The position numbers and the translations under genes are program-made. Below the pieces are notes generated by a model. The model saw only the letters and a list, made by a program, of their open reading frames with translations. It was not told where the DNA came from and ran no database searches. A stretch of 64,000 nucleotides of DNA from Nemertoderma westbladi (lineage: Eukaryota > Animalia > Xenacoelomorpha), in assembly GCA_032718475.1 (NCBI GenBank), contig JAUCBJ010009036.1, positions 1 through 64,000 on the forward strand, given 5' to 3'. How positions within the stretch are numbered: the first letter of the stretch is position 1; every line of letters begins with the position of its first letter. This document shows, piece after piece, positions 52,689 through 64,000 of the stretch.

Positions 52689-55600
52689 TTACACGGTTTT
52701 GTAATTGTCACCAATGTCTGCAGCAGGATCCGTAGTAGGGAACTTATCACCTCTTGTAGAATCACCACTGTCATTGCCTTCAAGAAGGCACAGCCTCTGG
52801 ATAGGGCGTTGGTAGTGGCCCTTTTTATAATTGTCACCAATGTCCGCAGCAGGATCTTGAGTAGGGAACTTATCACCTCTCGTAGAATCACCACTGTCGT
52901 TGCCTTCGAGAAGGCACAGCTTCTGGATAGGGCGTTGGTAGTGGCCCTTTGCCGTTCGTATCGTCACAGTCCTCGCAAGTCCGTCTTTGCTTGGGTGTAT
53001 GGTCACGACCCGCGCCACAGGCCAGTGAACGCGGTCTTTGAGATCTTCTTTAACTAGTACCATGTCGCCAACTGCGACGTTCCGGTAGGTGTTGTTCCAT
53101 TTCCTCCTGGTCCGGAGGGTTATGAGGTACTCCTGGGCCCAAATTCTCCACCAATGCGCTGCCAACGCTTGGGCCTTTTTCCAGTTTGTATGTTTCGCGA
53201 TCTCGTTGGGATCCGGGAACATGGTTTCCGGGAGAACGTGGGTTTTGGGTCTCCCCAGTAAGTGGTTAGGAGTGAGGGGCTGCAGGTCTGTGGGGTCGTC
53301 GCGGATAGGGACAATAGGTCGGTTGTTCAGGGTAGCCGTGATCTCGCAGAATGTTGTGCGGAGGGTGTCATGGGTTACCCGGGTATCGCCTAGAGCGACG
53401 CGCATGGATCGTTTCACTAGGTCGATCAGTTTCTCCCATACCCCGCTCGTATGGGGTGCTAAGGGGGTCTGGAAGTGCCACTGTATCTGGTGTTCCTTCC
53501 AGACTTGGGATGCGGTGTTATCGGTAAACCATCCCTCGATCGCCTCTCTAAGTTCTCTTTCTCCTCCCACAAAGTTTGTACCATTATCGGAATACATGTG
53601 GCGGCATGTCCCGTTTTTCGCCACGAACCGACGCAGAGCGTTGATGAATGCGTGTTGTGTCAGATTTACCACGATATCTAGGTAAATTGCCCTAGACCTT
53701 AGGCAGGTGAAGATGGCGCTTTTTATCAACAAACATCCCCTTTTTGTCATAGGCTTGGGTAGGGGTTTATATTTGAAGATGAATTCGTCTGATTCTATGT
53801 CCCATTCAATCCCAAGTACATGATGTTCCACATCCTCCGAATACATTTTGTTATTTTCCAGCCGGATGTCCTCCGGAAACTTTTCCATAAGTGTTTTGTC
53901 GTGGGATCTGAACTTCACGAGCGGAAACCCTCCTTTCTTCAGACATTCTACCATCCCCATTGCTAGCCGATATGCCTCATCCACATTATCCGCGCCGGCG
54001 CATCCGTCGTCCACATAGAAGCATCGTTGAATGGTTTCTATGACGGTTGGAGGGAACTGTTAGTTGCTAATAGTTGCTGTCCTCTTTAGCATGTCACTGC
54101 ATGCTACCGGCGAGTCCTTAGCGCCGAAGATCCTGACGACCATACGCATTACGTCTACGTCCTTGATCGTGAGTTGGCTAATCTCCTGTTGAGTAAGCGT
54201 TTTATCCGTCCATAGGATACGTAGACAGTCCAAGTCTCTTGGTAACGTATGAACTTGATGAAACATGGCCTTGATGTCACAGGTGAATGCTACCCGGTTT
54301 TCCCTGAACCTGATCAATACGCCGATGAGTGTACTATATATGTTGGGTCCCGTGTAAAGCTGACTGTTTAGGGATTCGCCCTGGTACATAGCGGCAGCAT
54401 CATTTACCACTCGGATTTTCCCACCTTTGCGGGCTTCTACTACATAGTGGGTTGGGAGATAATATGTTCTTTCACCACCTTGCAGTTCATTCCGTGGTAC
54501 CATTTCTGCTAATCCATCATCGAGATATCCTTGGATTACGGTATTATATTTCTCCTTTATCTCGGGTTGGTCATTCAGCCGGCGTAGAATCCCTTTAAGT
54601 CGCCTAAGTGCCATGCTGGCGTTGTTTGCCATTGGTTTGTTTGGATCCTTCCATAACATAGGTGAACACCAATGTCCGTCTTTAAACGTGGCCTGGTCGA
54701 GAACGTCCATACAATATTGGTCCTCTTCGGATGGGTTTTCGTCCTTTTCCGCGAACTCCTGGGTCTCCAAATTAAAATATTTCGTCATCTCTCGTTGGGT
54801 TTTCTCGGTTTCCAGAAACAAATCCTCGTCAAGATCCGAAGCTGAGCAATAACCCACAGAGGTTACATTCTCTTTAATCTGACATTTAGGAAGGTAGGTA
54901 TAGGTGTCCGTAGTTTCCTCCTTAATGCCGCAGAGTGTCCATCCCATTATTGTTCGTTCAGCATAAAATCCATCATCCTGGTTTATGGATCGAGCGATAT
55001 CTCTGGTGGGGATGTGTAGTTCCGGTGTATCAAGTCCGATCAGTAGGGTGATACGGTTCACGTCCAACTGCGGACACCTCAGGTCTACATCGTCTCGGTC
55101 CAATTGTATGAGGGGGGCGTACTCGGCTGATTGTCGGAATCGCACCCGGAGGTCTGTGTGTACCAAGGCGTTCTTGATGGTTAACTTAGCCGTTTCGTAG
55201 CCCTTCATCACTCCTTCCATCTGGAGTTGTACCTCCCCGGACTCTACTTCTCTGTTATCGGTGATGGTTCGTATGGGCCGTTTACAAGGTTCATATTCTA
55301 GGCCGAGTTGCTCGAGGAAATCCCGGTCGATGATGGTTCCATCAGACCCGTTATCGAGGAACGCGAGTGTCGTCAAAGATTTGCCGACTCCTTGGATCCT
55401 TACTGGGATTACCTTTGCGAAAACCATGTAGCGGCGATTTATAAGATTAATCGTGGCCGAAATATTGGTTACTTGTGGTGTATCGGTGGAGATTTTAAAC
55501 GGGTTGGTTTCTCTCCGTTGGGTTGTCCGGGTTCCTTTGAAGATGTGGTTTGTTTCTCCTCTTCGCCTGGCTTCGATCCGAAAGGGGAGGGTAGTAAAAT

Positions 55601-58013
55601 CGAAGTTCGCGGGGATGTGGAGGAGCGTGTGATGGCGTTGGTCGTTACAGACAGCACAGCATGATCTTTGGTCGCACTCCCGAACATAGTGACCTGTTCC
55701 AAGACACCGGAAGCATCCTCGGTGTTTCATTATCGCCTCGAAGCGTGGGACGAGTTCGGCGAACTGAAACTTTCTGCAGAATTCCACTTTATGTTTCTCC
55801 CCACAGAAGAGACAGAGTAGGGAATTTGTGATGCCTTCCCTTTCGGGTGCCCAACTCGCGAGATAACATGCCCATTCCTCGGCGGATGTCGGTTCCTCGT
55901 AGTCTTCGTCGTCGGAATCCTCGGCCATGGTAATGGCCATCGTACTTACCGGTGGGGGGCGGAATCTCGGTTTCGGAGGGGTTATCTTACTCCTGGAGTT
56001 GCTCTCTATTCCGTCCAACTTTGCGAGACTCTGTTTTGAAAACATCGAGTCATTCATGGCTTCGGAGATATCGTCCAGGAATGCCGACATTTCAAGGAAG
56101 CTAGGATCTCGATCTGGATGTCTGCGCCGGAGATCTACACATTTATAAGCCCACTTACTTTGTAGCCATCCGGGGAACTTCTTGGCGATCTGTCGGAGGT
56201 TTAGAATGTTGTTCACCTGGTCCTCCTTATTTAAGGGTTTTAGAGTATAGTAGGCATCCTTCATAGAGTCGGAGAATTCCTGTATGTTCTGTGGGTCCCC
56301 TAGTGATCCCGCGTCCTGTATCAGTCTCTCTAGAGTTTTATTAATTATAGTTCCGGTATTTCCGTATCTTTTATCCAGAGTTTTCCATGCGTCATAGTAT
56401 GCCTCATGAGAACCTCCTTCAAAACATGCAATAATTCTGCGTGGTTTGTCACCCAGGTATTGCGATAAATATACCAATTTCTGTGCGTCGGCTATGTCCG
56501 TTGATCCGATCTGCGCAAAGAACCGTTTCTTGAATCTGAGGTAATCGACGGGATCTCCTTCAAAGGTGCGAATCTCCATCTTAGGCATGGCAAGGCGGTT
56601 CTCCAACGCCCGGATGATGCTGACGTCGTCTGAACTGGAGTGACTCGGAGGGTTATAGTTATTGGCACTCACTCCCATACTTGATGGATCAATAATAGGT
56701 GGAGTTTTAATAATGACGCGGCTACGAGTTTGTGGTATTGATGTAAATGGGTTGTTCGATCGGGGAGTGGCGTCCTGTTCCGAGTCCTTTTCAGGCTCGT
56801 ACTTGGGTACACTCGCTGTCGTGGTGTTGGATGGGAAATAAGGTTCCTCATTCTTTAGCGTAGCCGGTGGGGGATGGAACACCGGGGCTTGTGCCGATAG
56901 CGTAGACTGTTTGGTAGGCGGGATCTCGGGTTTCGGAGGTTTCGCCGCTGTTGGTGTAAATGACTTTTCTAATTCCGGTACCGGAATTGGTTCATATTCC
57001 TGATCTATATCCCTTTCCCAGTCCTCGTAGAGTTGAATATCTCGTTCTATAAGTGCGGCTTCGTATTCTGCGAGTTTTGCAATATCCGCATTCTTTTTGT
57101 GGATGAGAATTGCTTGGGCCTCGGCGTGTTGTTTACGCATTTCCGCTTCCCATTTACGTTGTTCAATCTCTCATTCGGCCTCTCGTCCGCGTTGTTCGGC
57201 CTCCTGTTTGCGTTGTTCGGCCTGTCGTTCGTCCTCTCGTCTATGTTGTTCGGCCTGCCGTTCGGCCTCCTGTTTGCGTTGTTCGGCCTGCCGTTCGGCC
57301 TCTCGTCTATGTTGTTCGGCCTCCTGTTCGCGTTGTTCGGCCTGCCGTTCGGCCGCTTGTTCGGCCTCTCGCTTTTGTGTTTCGGCGGCTAATACATCTT
57401 GCTCGGCTTGCAGTTGAATATACTCATCTTCCATCCGAGCTTTGAGGGCTAATGCCTTCCGTTCTCGCAGTTGGTCTCGGAGTGGCGGCGCCCCTTGAGA
57501 ACTGCGCGCTGAGCCGGATATCTCGCTCCTAGCGCTGGAGTGCTGATTTCTAACGGACCCCGTTCTCTTTCGATGTACTGCTGTCCTGATGCTGGAGGAT
57601 CGTACTGATTCCGCGTCTGTTCTTTCAGCCCTCTTGTAATACTGTTCCTCATAGCCTCTCACAAGGCTGAGGGTCCTCCGGTGTTGTTTGCGGAACCCAT
57701 CTAGATGTACAACGTGTTCTTCCAACTTGGGGTAGTTTTCCAGATCGGTGGGGGGAACGAGCTCTTGGTACGCCTGTATCATTCTTTCGTACCGCTGTAG
57801 GATATTTCGGATACTTTGAAGCTGAGTTTGTACCTCATTGAGGGGGGTTTTGACTCCCTTGAGTTGTTTCTCCATCCGTTGATACGCTCGGGTTACTCCG
57901 CCTTTAAGAGCCCCTAACCGACGGGTCATGTTCTTGACGTTTGGTACCTCGTCGGCTTCCGAGTCTGTGTGGTGATCCATCTCGTCGGTATCGGATACGT
58001 TATTTGTTGTCAT
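52689..58013 (-). pseudogene. BEL/Pao gag-pol polyprotein: single frame with two nonsense codons and an internal deletion
   Basis: ORFs 58013-57171, 57140-54060 and 54014-52689 share a frame (TGA at 57171, TAA at 54060). Gag FEGDPVDYLRFKKRF; triple knuckle CLFCGEKH..C / CFRCLGTGH....C / CAVC....HHTLLH; protease FLDNGS; RT KIRVVNDAA, DIKAMFHQV, FGAKDSP, YVDD; integrase SDNGTNFVG, GVWE, LNNRPI, LTPNHLL, RPIQKLCLL. Confidence 0.95.
52699..52950 (-). repeat. 126-bp in-frame tandem duplication of the integrase C-terminus
   Basis: GHYQRPIQ(K/R)LCLLEGNDSGDSTRGDKFPT(Q/T)DPAADIGDNYK occurs twice at offset 126. Confidence 0.92.
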
Positions 58014-58201
58014 TGTAACGCCTCGTCGATGGCTAGATACGCGATGTCGTAAAACAGTTCCTCGTAGGTATTGTACTCAGCTTGGACCACCCGAACAGTA
58101 ATCCTGAATCGTCCGACGTTCGTTCCTTGTACTTCAACTTCGACGTGCCAGATTCCTGGCTCAACTTGAATTATATCAATGGGTGTGATCGATACTTCCA
58201 T
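58010..58201 (-). CDS. Small 63-aa ORF upstream of gag, overlapping the gag start by ATGA
   Basis: ATG start and protein-like composition. Its TGA (58012-58010) overlaps the gag ATG (58013-58011). Confidence 0.45.
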   Translation of the reverse strand: MEVSITPIDIIQVEPGIWHVEVEVQGTNVGRFRITVRVVQAEYNTYEELFYDIAYLAIDEALQ

Positions 58202-58451
58202 TCCCTGTTAACAACTCTCCAAATATGTGATCTGCCGACTACGAGTTGGTTAGATCGAGTTTGTTGATTAATTAAACCACGACTTTGTCTCAACTCAAAT
58301 ACCAGAGTTTCCTCGTAGTGGGTGCTGGCAAGCACGTAGAGAGTTTTGAAGAGTATTGAAGGATTCTCAACTTCCACCAGTTGAAGTTGACCGTAATTAT
58401 TCTTAATTTTGACACCCTGTCAAAATTAACCGCATTAATTATTCTTAATTT

Positions 58452-60052
58452 TGTTGCCGTTATCCCAACACCAGGGGGGAAAAACGCCGATGCTGGAGAC
58501 GTGACTTTACAGACCACTGAGCCCCGGCCAGTCACCGGATATTGATTTTGGAGAAGGAATGATTTCTGAGATGCAGGGTTGCGGTTGAGAAAAAGCTGCA
58601 TTAGTTGGATATACTCTTTAATGTAACTGAACTCTGTTGAACCTTGTTGAACCCTGATTAAGAATAATTTTGGGCTTCCCCAAATCAATATACACCAAAT
58701 ATTCACAATAATTATACACGATAATATAAATCAAAACAGTATATTATTTAATTACCCACTGTTCGCTCAGATTTTAGCCTACCTAATGTTCCCCAGATTT
58801 TCCCTCGGTCCTAGTCTTAGTGCCGTAGTGTCGGTGTCGGTCGACCCTGTCGCGTGTCCGTTCCACCCCTCACGAACCCCGAAGGGAACGATCATCGAGA
58901 ACCAGCACGGCTTGGCTAAGGGTCGGTCCAGTCGGTAGACTCTGTCGCGTATCCGTACCACCCCTCTCGAACCCCGAAGGGTTCGGTCATCGAGAACCAG
59001 TACGGCTTGGCTAGGAGTCTGTCGTGTCGGTGGACCCGTTCGCGTGTCCGTTCCACCCCTCACGAACCCCAAAGGGTTCGATCATCGAGAACCAGAACGG
59101 CTTGGCTAGGGGTCCGTCGTTTCATCACAGAAACCCAACCACCTAGGCTTTCCGAGTCCCTTTCAGGCTCGTAGTCGCTTCGGCAGCCGAGAAACTGCTC
59201 CGAACAGTCGGTAGGCCAGTAGAGTCTAGTCGAGTCTAGTCCTTTGTCTTTCGACCCCATCGCGTGTCCGTTCCACCCATCACTAACCCCGAAGGGAACG
59301 ATCATCGAGAACCAGTACGGCTTGGCTAAGGGGTCTGTCGTCGGTTCCCGTCGCAAATCCCAGTACAAGCAGTCAGCGTTCCGAGTTCTTTTCAGTCTCA
59401 TAGTAGCTGCCGTTGACCAGAGACCGCTAAGGGCAGTTCTCGTCAAACCCGTCCTGTGGCCAGCCCTTTCGCATGTCCGTCCCACCCCTCGCGAACCCCG
59501 AAGGGATCGGTCATCGAGAACCAGTACGGCTTAGCTCAGGGGGCAGTCGTTAGTTGGCCACCCGTTCGCGTGTCCGCTCCACCCCTCACGAACCCCGAAG
59601 GGAACGATCATCGAGAACCAGAACGGCTTGGCTACTAAGGGGCCGTCGTTTCCCGTCGCAAATCCCTGACACAAGCAGTCAGCGGTCCGAGTTCTTTTCA
59701 GTCTCGTAATGGCTGCTGTTGGCCAGGGACCACTAAGGGCAGTCCTTGTCCTTTAGGCCTGGCGCATTACCAAATCCACCCCTACAGGCAGCAGGAAGTT
59801 GGCCAGGGCCTAATAGTACTCAGGCTAACCTGAATACTGCTTGCATTTTCCATCCCCCCCTGGCCCTTATAACTATGAAATTATTCCCGTACCCTGTAAG
59901 TTGCCCCAAAGTTCGCCCATAAATCGCCCCCAGTTTATTGAATGTGCCCAAAACCCATGGTCCCGCACCCAGTAGTAATATCGGAATAATCAATTTTAAA
60001 TAAATACAAAAATAATCAACTCGCGTTATGGAAAGTTGAAATACCGCGAACA
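58452..60052 (-). repeat. 5' LTR (1601 bp)
   Basis: Direct repeat of 47073-48673, followed by TSD CCGGT. Confidence 0.97.
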
Positions 60053-60514
60053 CCGGTATTAGTATATAGAGCACTATTTTGCAGTATTGCTGTATTGTAT
60101 GTACAGATGTAGGTATAAAGCAGGAATTTTAGGTATTTTAGTACCGGTACCGGCACCGGTACTGCTGTAGGCCTACTGTGTAGCCTACCATTTAAATACG
60201 GCTATGGTAGGCCTACCGGCTGACCGGTTGTGCTAATAAATAGGATAGTACGGATGCTACTGTACCTACAACCTTAACTGGAATGGTTTTCCTGTTTTGG
60301 TTACCGGATGCACAGGTCTAAAACATTTCACCCACTATGTGTGATTTAATTTGACAGGTGAAGAAATTGTATTAATTTTATTTGAAATATAATTTAATTG
60401 AATTTATGTAATTTGAAATGTAAATCAATGATGGTGTCTCTTTAATAAGCTGTCCCATTCTGCCATTCCCTCAAATGTTCATGACATAGTTTATTGTTAT
60501 GTTCATGGCATAGT

Positions 60515-60720
60515 GTATTGTTTTGGTTAGAAAAGACCATCTATGTAACCTGCTCCTTTCCTTCATTTGGTATCGTGATTGTTTATTGTTTTGGTTAGAA
60601 AATCCCGCCTCTGTAACCTTCTCATTTCCTTCATTTGGTAAAGTGACTGTTTGTTGTTTTGGTAAGACAATCCGGCCTTAACCTGCTCCTTTCCATCAAT
60701 TGGTAATTGTTTTTGGCTAT
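60515..60720. repeat. Diverged ~68-bp tandem repeat x3 (TTGTTTTGGTTAGA...TAACCTGCTCCTTTCC), related to 36184-36230
   Basis: Direct reading. Confidence 0.65.
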
Positions 60721-61216
60721 AAAATGAGTGTTTTGCTACGTCATGTGGTAATCGATTATCGACAACAACCACAAACTATTAAATTTAGAGTCTTTTACCA
60801 CAGACGCAAATGGAAATCTATCTCATAGTCTATAAATCATGGAATTTTGAATGTTTTGGCACAGGCATAGTGAAACCAACTGTCCGACAGACCAGAAATC
60901 AACAAATTTTGAATGTGAAATGAATTAAAGGGAAAACAAGTCATTATGCACAATTCGTAAAAATAGGAGGACAAAAAAAGTCAAATAAAAGAACATAAAA
61001 AATCACTGTCGAATAATACATTCCCTTCAAAGAACTTAATAAATAATACCCGTGCAATCCGCAAGGTGGTGCACTGCACCGGTACCATTATTTATCTGAT
61101 TTTAGGCTTGTTTGGCTAGCAGATAGTGTCGTTCAAACACTGCCTATTCCTATACCGGTACCTGGTACCAGTATACCAATACAGCAATACTGAAAGCAGG
61201 CAAGGCAGCAAGGTAG

Positions 61217-62310
61217 TACCAGTCTGCCACTGCCAGTCAGCCAGTATAGTGATGTAAATACGAATTTATGACCATAACTCTGCAACTTGCTAACTTTCTG
61301 AACTTCGGTTCGGTTCGGCCCGACTGCCCGAAGTTGGCCCTGCCCCTGCTTCGCTTCGGCTGTTCGGTTCGGCCCCATACCTGCATACTGCGGTACAGCC
61401 ATAACAGCATAAAGTGCCTTCTGTTGAACCCTAACTGTGAGGCGTAGGCTAGGTGCTAGGCCTATATATATAATATCAAAATATACAGATATAACATTTT
61501 TAAACTATGAAAGTGATTAGGTTAGTGTCAGTAGGCAGGTAGGTCAGTACTGCAGTAGGTACATACATCAGTACATTACTGACCTACCTGCCTACTGACA
61601 CTGACCTAATCACTTTCATAGTTTAAAAAGTTATATTTTGATATTATATAGGCCTAGCCTACGTCGCTACGTCTCACAGTCAGACAGTTAGGGTTCAACA
61701 GAAGGCACTTTACTGCTTTATGCTGTTATGGCTGTACCGCAGTATGGGGCCGAACCGAACTGCCGAACAGCCGAAGCGAAGCAGGGCCAACTTCGGGCAG
61801 TCGGGCCGAACCGAACCGAAGTTCAGAAAGTTAGCAAGTTGTATTGTATTGTATTTGCTCTCCATAACATAATTAAACTGCATAAAATGGATAATGGACA
61901 TTTCAAAATATTATACAGTAAATAAACAATATTATAGTTATGTTTTGAATAGGAGGGAGAAGACCGCCAAGGCATATAGCACTAATAGGGGTCCCAAGTG
62001 AAAGTAAAATATTATCATATATTTAAAATATACTCCAAAAATATAAAATAAAAATAAAATAGGGGAACGCACCGATCGCACATGTACGTACGTATACTAA
62101 TTGGATAAGATATTTTATAACAAGTAAAGGGTCTGACTAGGGTTCAACAGAAGGCACTTTATGGTGCCGAACCGAACCGAACCGAAGCAGGGCCAACTTC
62201 GGGCCGAACCGAACCGAATCCGAACCGAAGTTCAGAAAGTTAGCAAGTTATGGTCATAAATTCGTCTTTACGTCACTATACTGGCTGACTGGCAGTGGCA
62301 GACTGGTACC
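61217..62310. mobile_element. Palindromic cluster of a small repeat with TAGGGTTCAACAG ends and CCGAA subterminal motifs (DNA-transposon-like)
   Basis: 61284-61549 is the reverse complement of 61578-61841. A third copy at 62138-62310 is inverted relative to 61217-61433. Confidence 0.75.
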
Positions 62311-64000
62311 TATCAGTAGGGAACACATGCCCGAAATGGCAGCACAGGCGCACTGCCATTTTTGAAAATTGCACTGCCATATTAGGCAGTTTTACCCTAA
62401 ATTTTGTATAAAATTTCAATTTTTATACACTTCCTGCAGGAAGGGCCCCACTTTTATTTCATTGGATGAAAATATGATATATATTGGAGGTAAATTCAAA
62501 ATTCGGTAGAGTTTCATGGTTGGGTTTCAGAGATATTTTACATTAAAAATTGTTAGTCCAAAACATGCACTGCCTAAAATGGCAGTGCAAAACAGCCCTC
62601 CATATTTTCTGTTAACTTTATTAGGATGACCTTACGTTTTCAGCCAATAGGAGGCCAATTACTCAGGTTACCTTCAGATCATGTGGTATGGCTGCTGCTT
62701 CCACTACAGCACTAGTATTTACATATAATATTTACACATAATAATTTACACATAATAATTTAGTAGGTAATATATAATATATAAGTCAGTAAGTAATACA
62801 TAAGTACAGTATATTATTGCAAGAAGTGCTATATTTTGATTTACCGGTCAGTCGGTAGTATCATGAATGTCAGTGTGTTACTATTTTTGTGATTAACATA
62901 TTGGTAATTTTTTTATTCTGTTCCATTTAATTATTTGTTTGCCTATTATTTTAATATACTTTTAGTTGCATTTGATTTACAGTATAGCATATTTACAATT
63001 TCCTTTAGAGGCTGTGAGCGTGGGAAGTGATAGATTCATAATAAATTGTTTAGGGATATGTTTGTATCTGACATATAATAAACTAAATAAAGGAATAATA
63101 CATTGCCGATATCTTACATGTATAACTACTGACTACTGTACTGTAGTAAACTCAGTATTTTAATCTAATAGGCCTTCAATTATATTATATTGTATTACTA
63201 TATCTTATTTTTTTATTTATTATATTCTTACGATGGAAGATGATGAAGAAGCACTTCTAATTTTTAATGATATCCAATGTGAACAGTACGAAATACAAAA
63301 TAGCATTACCAATACTACAGTTGAAAATGAATTTAATGATTCGGAGGAGGGTGAGGAAGCTGTTATGCAAACTATATCAGACAATGCTCTACAGTTGGTA
63401 CTTGAAAGCGAATATGTAATGACTCGCGGCAAGAACCAGACGATGACTGGCAGCCAGAGGTAGAAGGCTCAAGTGAAAGTAGCAATGATACATTGGTGTT
63501 GGGGAATCATGGCCGCCTGTGGACATTCTCCGAACTGTATAGAGGATGTGAAGGAATTGAGGAGGGGAATGCTGATGCTGGTGTTGGAGGGATTGTGGTG
63601 GGTGGTAGTGGAGCTGAAGGGATTGTGGCAAGTAATGGTCCAGGGGACAGGATTGTGGTGGGTAATGCTGGAGGTGAGGTAGAATAAAACGTCTGTCCTT
63701 ATCTGATCTGATCTGATCTGACGGTATCTGATCCTACAACCAATCAGGAGAAAGATATATAATATTTACCTAACTGTCTGTTAGGTAAATAGCCAATAGC
63801 TGAATAGGGGATCACGTTTCACGTTGCCTGTTTATTTATCAGTATTATCATATGACGTGGCAGTACAGGCATACCGGTATGCATCTAATGCACAAAGGCA
63901 TATTATTATATATTAAAAATGCGATATAGGATGAAAGATGGCAGGATTGTCCCAGCAAAGATGGATAGTTTCAGATGTAAACAACTTTCGTAGATTTAGT

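Larger units (their letters stand above)
47073..60052 (-). mobile_element. BEL/Pao LTR retrotransposon, 12,980 bp, non-autonomous, with an extra ORF
   Basis: Two 1601-bp LTRs (TG...CA), 5-bp TSD CCGGT (47068-47072 and 60053-60057), PPT, and gag-PR-RT-IN order with BEL/Pao-type motifs. Confidence 0.97.

Overview
AT-rich eukaryotic (most likely invertebrate animal) genomic DNA, not prokaryotic. Left to right: a 21.8-kb 25-bp satellite with nested higher-order duplications (586-22368); decayed LINE scraps, an AGC-kinase C-terminal fragment and an 11-bp minisatellite; four phase-consistent coding exons of an IQCE-like ciliary gene on the minus strand (34945-29100), whose remaining exons are not in the window; a foldback element whose two ends have expanded into minisatellites; a decayed Merlin/ISXO2-type transposase hit by an RTE LINE; an L2-clade LINE whose ORF2 N-terminus is a ~3-kb in-frame coding minisatellite; and a 13-kb BEL/Pao LTR retrotransposon (47073-60052, minus strand, CCGGT TSD, ~99% identical 1.6-kb LTRs). 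The BEL/Pao element is the standout. Its gag-pol is broken, but it carries an intact 866-aa extra ORF with a DEDDy/WRN-type 3'-5' exonuclease-like domain plus CCHC zinc knuckles. Its sense RNA also holds three families of repeated hairpins with compensatory changes: six kink-turn/UUCG hairpins per LTR, a GAAA-capped hairpin dispersed in the LTRs, gag and the extra ORF, and three long hairpins between pol and the extra ORF. All family calls come from motif recognition by eye; no searches or folding programs were run.
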